Positions 60,335-64,000 of a stretch of DNA of 64,000 nucleotides are shown in pieces. The stretch covers positions 15,350-79,349 of the forward strand of contig JBBTYA010000004.1 of NCBI GenBank assembly GCA_038061995.1, in the 5' to 3' direction. The notes beneath the pieces were generated by a model. That model was given only the letters and a program-made list of their open reading frames with translations, did not search any database and was not told the origin of the DNA. This DNA is from Patescibacteria group bacterium (GTDB lineage Bacteria > Patescibacteriota > Minisyncoccia > 2-02-FULL-40-12 > GWA2-44-9). The translations under genes were made by a program, and so were the position numbers. Numbering within the stretch: the stretch's first letter is position 1; each line of letters begins with the position of its first letter.

Positions 60335-60880
60335 TTATCTTGCCAAAATTCCCAACAAATTGCCAATAACGTCAGCAACCTGCTGTTGCGTCGCTTCTTT
60401 ATGAGCTGCATCCGCTGCGCGAATACCGCTCCGGAAACCCTCTTTATGCTCTTCTGAAAGAGGAGTTGATGTTCTCTCGGTCGCACGGACGCCCGCTTCT
60501 ATAATCTCATCAGCCTGCAGCTCTTCTAGGCTATCGAGCTGTTCGCTTTGTGTTTTTGCCGCATCTAGTTTTTGCATAGCATCGAGAGTGCGCTGACGTA
60601 CTGCAAGGGCTCTTTGTTTCTTTTCAGATTCAAAATCAGTCACCAAAGCGTCAAACTGAGTCATACTTGCCGCAATAGCATCATTCACTGCCCCTGGGCT
60701 CGATTTTACATCTTCAAGAGTTCGCGCGATCAGCTTTCCGATCTCATCTCCCCTCACATTGACAAACGAGAGCATGTCTAACCCCTTTCCAGCAACACCC
60801 ACCACTCGCTTTCCGCGCTCTGAAGTAACCTCTTTTTCTACCTTACTAGCAAATTTGTTAAATGTTTCGAAGAATGACAT
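60335..60880 (-). CDS. Helical/coiled-coil hypothetical protein
   Basis: 181-aa ORF, amphipathic helices. Confidence 0.75.
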   Translation of the reverse strand: MSFFETFNKFASKVEKEVTSERGKRVVGVAGKGLDMLSFVNVRGDEIGKLIARTLEDVKSSPGAVNDAIAASMTQFDALVTDFESEKKQRALAVRQRTLDAMQKLDAAKTQSEQLDSLEELQADEIIEAGVRATERTSTPLSEEHKEGFRSGIRAADAAHKEATQQQVADVIGNLLGILAR

Positions 60881-61043
60881 GGAAATATACTGCAAAGTAT
60901 ATGCGCCCCTTCTGGCCGCGCAATATTGCATTTTTTAGAACTTGTGCTTTAATAGTCTCAGTTCCTTCTTTTGGGTAGGGTTTGACCGAATCTACATCCA
61001 CTCTGGACGTAGGGCTCAGAAGAGATCGTGAGGAGATACGGAA

Positions 61044-61148
61044 ATGCTGCGCAAGAGCCGCAGGAGCAACGACACCGCCACCGACCAGGGCAACGGTGCC
61101 AACGGCAACAACGGCGACGTGGTCTGCACCTCGGACGCCCAGGATTAG
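61044..61148 (+). CDS. Micropeptide 1 (34 aa)
   Basis: GAGGAG SD; MLRKSRRSNDTATDQGNGANGNNGDVVCTSDAQD*; cassette-type codons. Confidence 0.55.
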   Translation: MLRKSRRSNDTATDQGNGANGNNGDVVCTSDAQD

Positions 61149-61152
61149 CAAC

Positions 61153-61230
61153 GTGCCCGCCTTCGAAGAGTCTCCAGAGCACGCGCCGACGGATTGCGAT
61201 CCGCCGACATCCGTGACATCGGACGACTAG
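61153..61230 (+). CDS. Micropeptide 2 (25 aa)
   Basis: GTG 4 nt after the previous stop; MPAFEESPEHAPTDCDPPTSVTSDD*. Confidence 0.4.
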   Translation: MPAFEESPEHAPTDCDPPTSVTSDD

Positions 61231-61243
61231 CGGAGCTAACCAG

Positions 61244-61354
61244 ATGCACATCGACATCCACAATCTCGCCGATCCGGGGCATCATCTTCCCGACATCACG
61301 TCCGAACTCCCCACCGACTTCAAGCCCACGCTCTGCGACATCCGTCCCCAGTAG
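61244..61354 (+). CDS. Micropeptide 3 (36 aa)
   Basis: GGAG SD; MHIDIHNLADPGHHLPDITSELPTDFKPTLCDIRPQ*; terminator at ~61369-61411. Confidence 0.55.
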   Translation: MHIDIHNLADPGHHLPDITSELPTDFKPTLCDIRPQ

Positions 61355-61403
61355 GGGCCAGTCCTCCCGCCCGCGGTATGCACTACATGCATAGCGCGGG
61401 CTT

Positions 61404-62627
61404 TTATTTTTTGATAAACACCCTTCCCTCTCCACTTAGAAACTTTTGGTAGGTGCGCATGAGCATCTCGGTATCCATTTGTTCTGCGATAGCTAAAAGT
61501 TCAGAAAATGCAGGCGGCTCGTCAAAGAATTTCATGAGTTTCTGCATCTTTGTGAGAGTGCCAGGATGTTCCGCGAGAGCACGGCTCGTAAGCCCCTTAA
61601 ACTGTGATGCGAGCCATGCCACATCTTCGTGTGGTATTTGTACAGCGAGTTCTTTGATAACGTTTTGTGCAGCGCTAGCGGCCTCTTCTGGATGTTGTGA
61701 TGGACCATCTATAAAGAAACAGAAGGCGTTTCCGAATATCTCATGATATGCATTAATTTCATATGCAAGCCCACGCTTCGTTCTAAGCTCGTTATGCAAC
61801 AAAGAAGAATAACCGACGTTAAGGCGGTGGCGTAAAAATTCAAGCGCAACAAATTCTTCACGCGAGGGCTTCTCTAAAGATGGATACGCCACCATCCAAA
61901 ACGGCATTTGCCCATTCACAGAAATAGATGAGCCGCTGCCTGAGACTGTGATAGGTGGCAACTTTGGAAGAGCGAAGGCTCCTGATGCTGGCCATACTTT
62001 AAATGTGTCTTCGACTTGCGCCCGCGCTTCATCCGCTGAAATGCCGCCAACAATGAGTAGGGTTGCGTTTTGTGGGACGATCATGCACCGCCAATATGCA
62101 ATAAGGTCTTCACGAGACGCCCTTCCTATGGCCTCTAAGTTGCCGAGAGAATTGAGCACGGAAGGGTGTCGAGAAAACAACACTGCTACAGCTGCATCAT
62201 AAAACATCCTGTAGGTGTTTGCTTGAGATCTCGCAAATTCCTCGCCAATAACTTTTTTCTCATTTTCAAGCACCGCTGGATCTATCAGTGAATCAGTGAC
62301 GTCGTCTCGCACAATATTTAGTATAAGAGGAAGGTCATCTCGAGCTCCCTGCATAACAAAGGTAAGGTGAGTAGCTCCTGTATTTGCAGTAACAAGCGCC
62401 CCAATGCGGTCTATCTCCTTTCCAATTGCCATACTTGAGGGACGGGCCTTCGTGCCTTTTAGAAGCATGTGCTCAAGCAGGTGCGCATATCCCTGCTGGT
62501 CCTCTTGCTCATAGGCGCACCCTGCCCGAAATACGAGATTCATTGTTACCACTGGCGCATCTGGTTGCTCTAACACACCAAGCCGCATGCCGTTTGTGAG
62601 AGTTGTCCAAGAAAAATCACGAGTCAT
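61404..62627 (-). CDS. M16 (pitrilysin-family) zinc peptidase
   Basis: TLTNGM, GYAHLLEHMLLKGT (HxxEH), LRTKRGLAY. Confidence 0.92.
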   Translation of the reverse strand: MTRDFSWTTLTNGMRLGVLEQPDAPVVTMNLVFRAGCAYEQEDQQGYAHLLEHMLLKGTKARPSSMAIGKEIDRIGALVTANTGATHLTFVMQGARDDLPLILNIVRDDVTDSLIDPAVLENEKKVIGEEFARSQANTYRMFYDAAVAVLFSRHPSVLNSLGNLEAIGRASREDLIAYWRCMIVPQNATLLIVGGISADEARAQVEDTFKVWPASGAFALPKLPPITVSGSGSSISVNGQMPFWMVAYPSLEKPSREEFVALEFLRHRLNVGYSSLLHNELRTKRGLAYEINAYHEIFGNAFCFFIDGPSQHPEEAASAAQNVIKELAVQIPHEDVAWLASQFKGLTSRALAEHPGTLTKMQKLMKFFDEPPAFSELLAIAEQMDTEMLMRTYQKFLSGEGRVFIKK

Positions 62628-62763
62628 TACCCTAGAGCATACACGAAGATTAGTGAAAAAGAAAAGCGCCGAAGGGGTGAACCTTCGGCGCAGTGGCAAG
62701 AACGGGGCGGTATCACATCGCCCCGCGATCACCAGAAAGAACGAGAGAGAGAGTAGGAACGGG

Positions 62764-63681
62764 TCAGTGAGACAATGGGCAGTCGATCTCGACGACGGAG
62801 TGCGTCGTCGAGAGTGCGGCTGTGACGTCTCGGTCATTGTCCGGGGCACTGGTCCCCGGCCGACGACGGAACATCATGCGAAGGATGTAGCGCTCGGACG
62901 CACTGAGGGTTTGGCGCGTGATAACCCTGTCCCCCCTCATGATGTCATCAGGGCTCACGGAATGCCCGAGGCCGAGTCCGTGTCCGATCTCGTGGCACGG
63001 CACGTTCAGAGAGAAAATGACAGTGCCCACGAATCGGATTCTGGAAGCAGAGACGATGTTCCCAGAAAAAGTATTCCCAGTACTCCCAGAAGCAACCCCG
63101 GCAAGAGCTGGATCAATGAGAAGAGCGAACTGCACGCCCGCCCCACCAACCGAAACGCTCGCCCTCTGGGTCGCAGTCGTCATCTCACCAGCGCACGCGT
63201 TGATGACATTCATCGCCTGCGCGTCTGCAGAGATTTCCGCAGACGGAGCGAGTCCGACGTTGCCAGCCGCTGGACGCGACAGGCGACGACCAGGGACCCA
63301 CTCATTGTACACGAGAGCATCGATGTACTCCCCAGACACCACGGTGGTGTTCCAGAGGTACACGTTCCACGGGTTCTCTCCGCGGTACACCGTGTTGTAA
63401 TCACGATGGCCGGGGGCGGAGACATCCACCGCATCGCCCGAACGGAGCGACACGGAGACCTCGCCACTGGCGCTCGTCGTCACGCGACCCGCAGGGGTCG
63501 CGATGGACGCGCCACCGGAGATCGGCATGTCATCCCAGCCGCTGAAAACGCGGACGGAAACGGTTTGCGCCGAAGGCGTCGGCGTTGCCGTCGGCTCCGT
63601 GGTGGGGCTCGACGGGCTCTTCCCTCCACACGCGGCAAGCGTGAGGGAGAGGATGAGAACGAACAGCGCGTTGATGCGCAT
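62764..63681 (-). CDS. Lipoprotein metzincin (matrixin-like) metallopeptidase
   Basis: LAAC lipobox, Pro/Thr linker, HEIGHGLGLGH plus Met-turn; AAGGAGG SD; terminator at ~62656-62691. Confidence 0.85.
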   Translation of the reverse strand: MRINALFVLILSLTLAACGGKSPSSPTTEPTATPTPSAQTVSVRVFSGWDDMPISGGASIATPAGRVTTSASGEVSVSLRSGDAVDVSAPGHRDYNTVYRGENPWNVYLWNTTVVSGEYIDALVYNEWVPGRRLSRPAAGNVGLAPSAEISADAQAMNVINACAGEMTTATQRASVSVGGAGVQFALLIDPALAGVASGSTGNTFSGNIVSASRIRFVGTVIFSLNVPCHEIGHGLGLGHSVSPDDIMRGDRVITRQTLSASERYILRMMFRRRPGTSAPDNDRDVTAALSTTHSVVEIDCPLSH

Positions 63682-63851
63682 GGGATTCCCTCCTTACCGC
63701 CGTGAGGCGGAATTGAGAAAAAACCCTTCTCTCGGATGTAGTTCTTGTTGTTAGGGTACTATGTATATTATAACACAAAAAAGAGCGTTTTAGCAAGATG
63801 CCTCTTTTGCATGAAAAAGCCCCATTTCTGGGGCATTTTCATGCTGACACA

Positions 63852-64000
63852 CTACCGTGGTAGTACTTCCTTCCACTTAGGAAGCGGGAGCGTCTCTACG
63901 GTGATATTCTGGCTTGCAGGCGTTGCGGGACAGGTGTACCCCTCGCCATCTGCCACTTGCATGGTTGCGGTATAGGTTCCCTCTGCAGAGTACGCATGCG
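63852..64000 (-). CDS. 3' end of a PKD-domain surface protein (truncated by window edge)
   Basis: HAYSAEGTYTATMQVAD (PKD pattern)...LPKWKEVLPR*; hairpin at 63809-63844. Confidence 0.75.
   Translation of the reverse strand, partial: HAYSAEGTYTATMQVADGEGYTCPATPASQNITVETLPLPKWKEVLPR

Noticed and set aside
61044-61394. Single gene with TAG readthrough (recoding)
   Set aside because: The codon-adapted segments lie in different frames, and TAG terminates many core genes here.
62587-63705. 372-aa ORF on + strand
   Set aside because: Antisense shadow of the lipoprotein metallopeptidase, which has the SD, lipobox and zinc motif.
63809-63847. gcatgaaaa...ttttcatgc stem shared with the element at 40396-40542
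   Set aside because: Only 9-12 nt, lacks the conserved core; explained as a terminator.

Overview
Core-genome region of a Candidate Phyla Radiation (Patescibacteria, most likely Parcubacteria) bacterium using the standard bacterial code. The assignment is inferred from: compact, mostly SD-less/leaderless core genes; secE-nusG-rplK with no rplA; DUF4012; a monomeric mitochondrial-type PheRS; and a C-terminal PxWxEVxP-type motif. Housekeeping content: xseAB, pyk, ftsEX, N-truncated prfB, lepA, murJ plus glycosyltransferases, rnpB, rnhA, pgk, tpiA, dprA, topA, a long RSH, parAB, folD, tsaC, rpsP, rnc, nusB, rpmF, dnaE, thrS, miaA, gatB, tmk, gyrB, pheS and five tRNAs. Main unexplained structure: (1) two homologous, covarying ~140-nt three-way-junction elements sitting back-to-back on opposite strands between rnc and rpsP, matching no RNA family I recognise; (2) about a dozen self-contained 1-3 gene ORFan cassettes (promoter and/or GGAGG SD, C/G-ending codons, own terminator) interleaved among the core genes, with no integrase or transposase in the window; (3) two single-gene insertions flanked by 29-42 bp imperfect direct repeats that duplicate the end of miaA and the start of gatB; (4) a cassette of three Cys-containing micropeptides and a separate promoter/terminator-bounded ~210-nt candidate sRNA. 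All calls were made by eye, without database searches.
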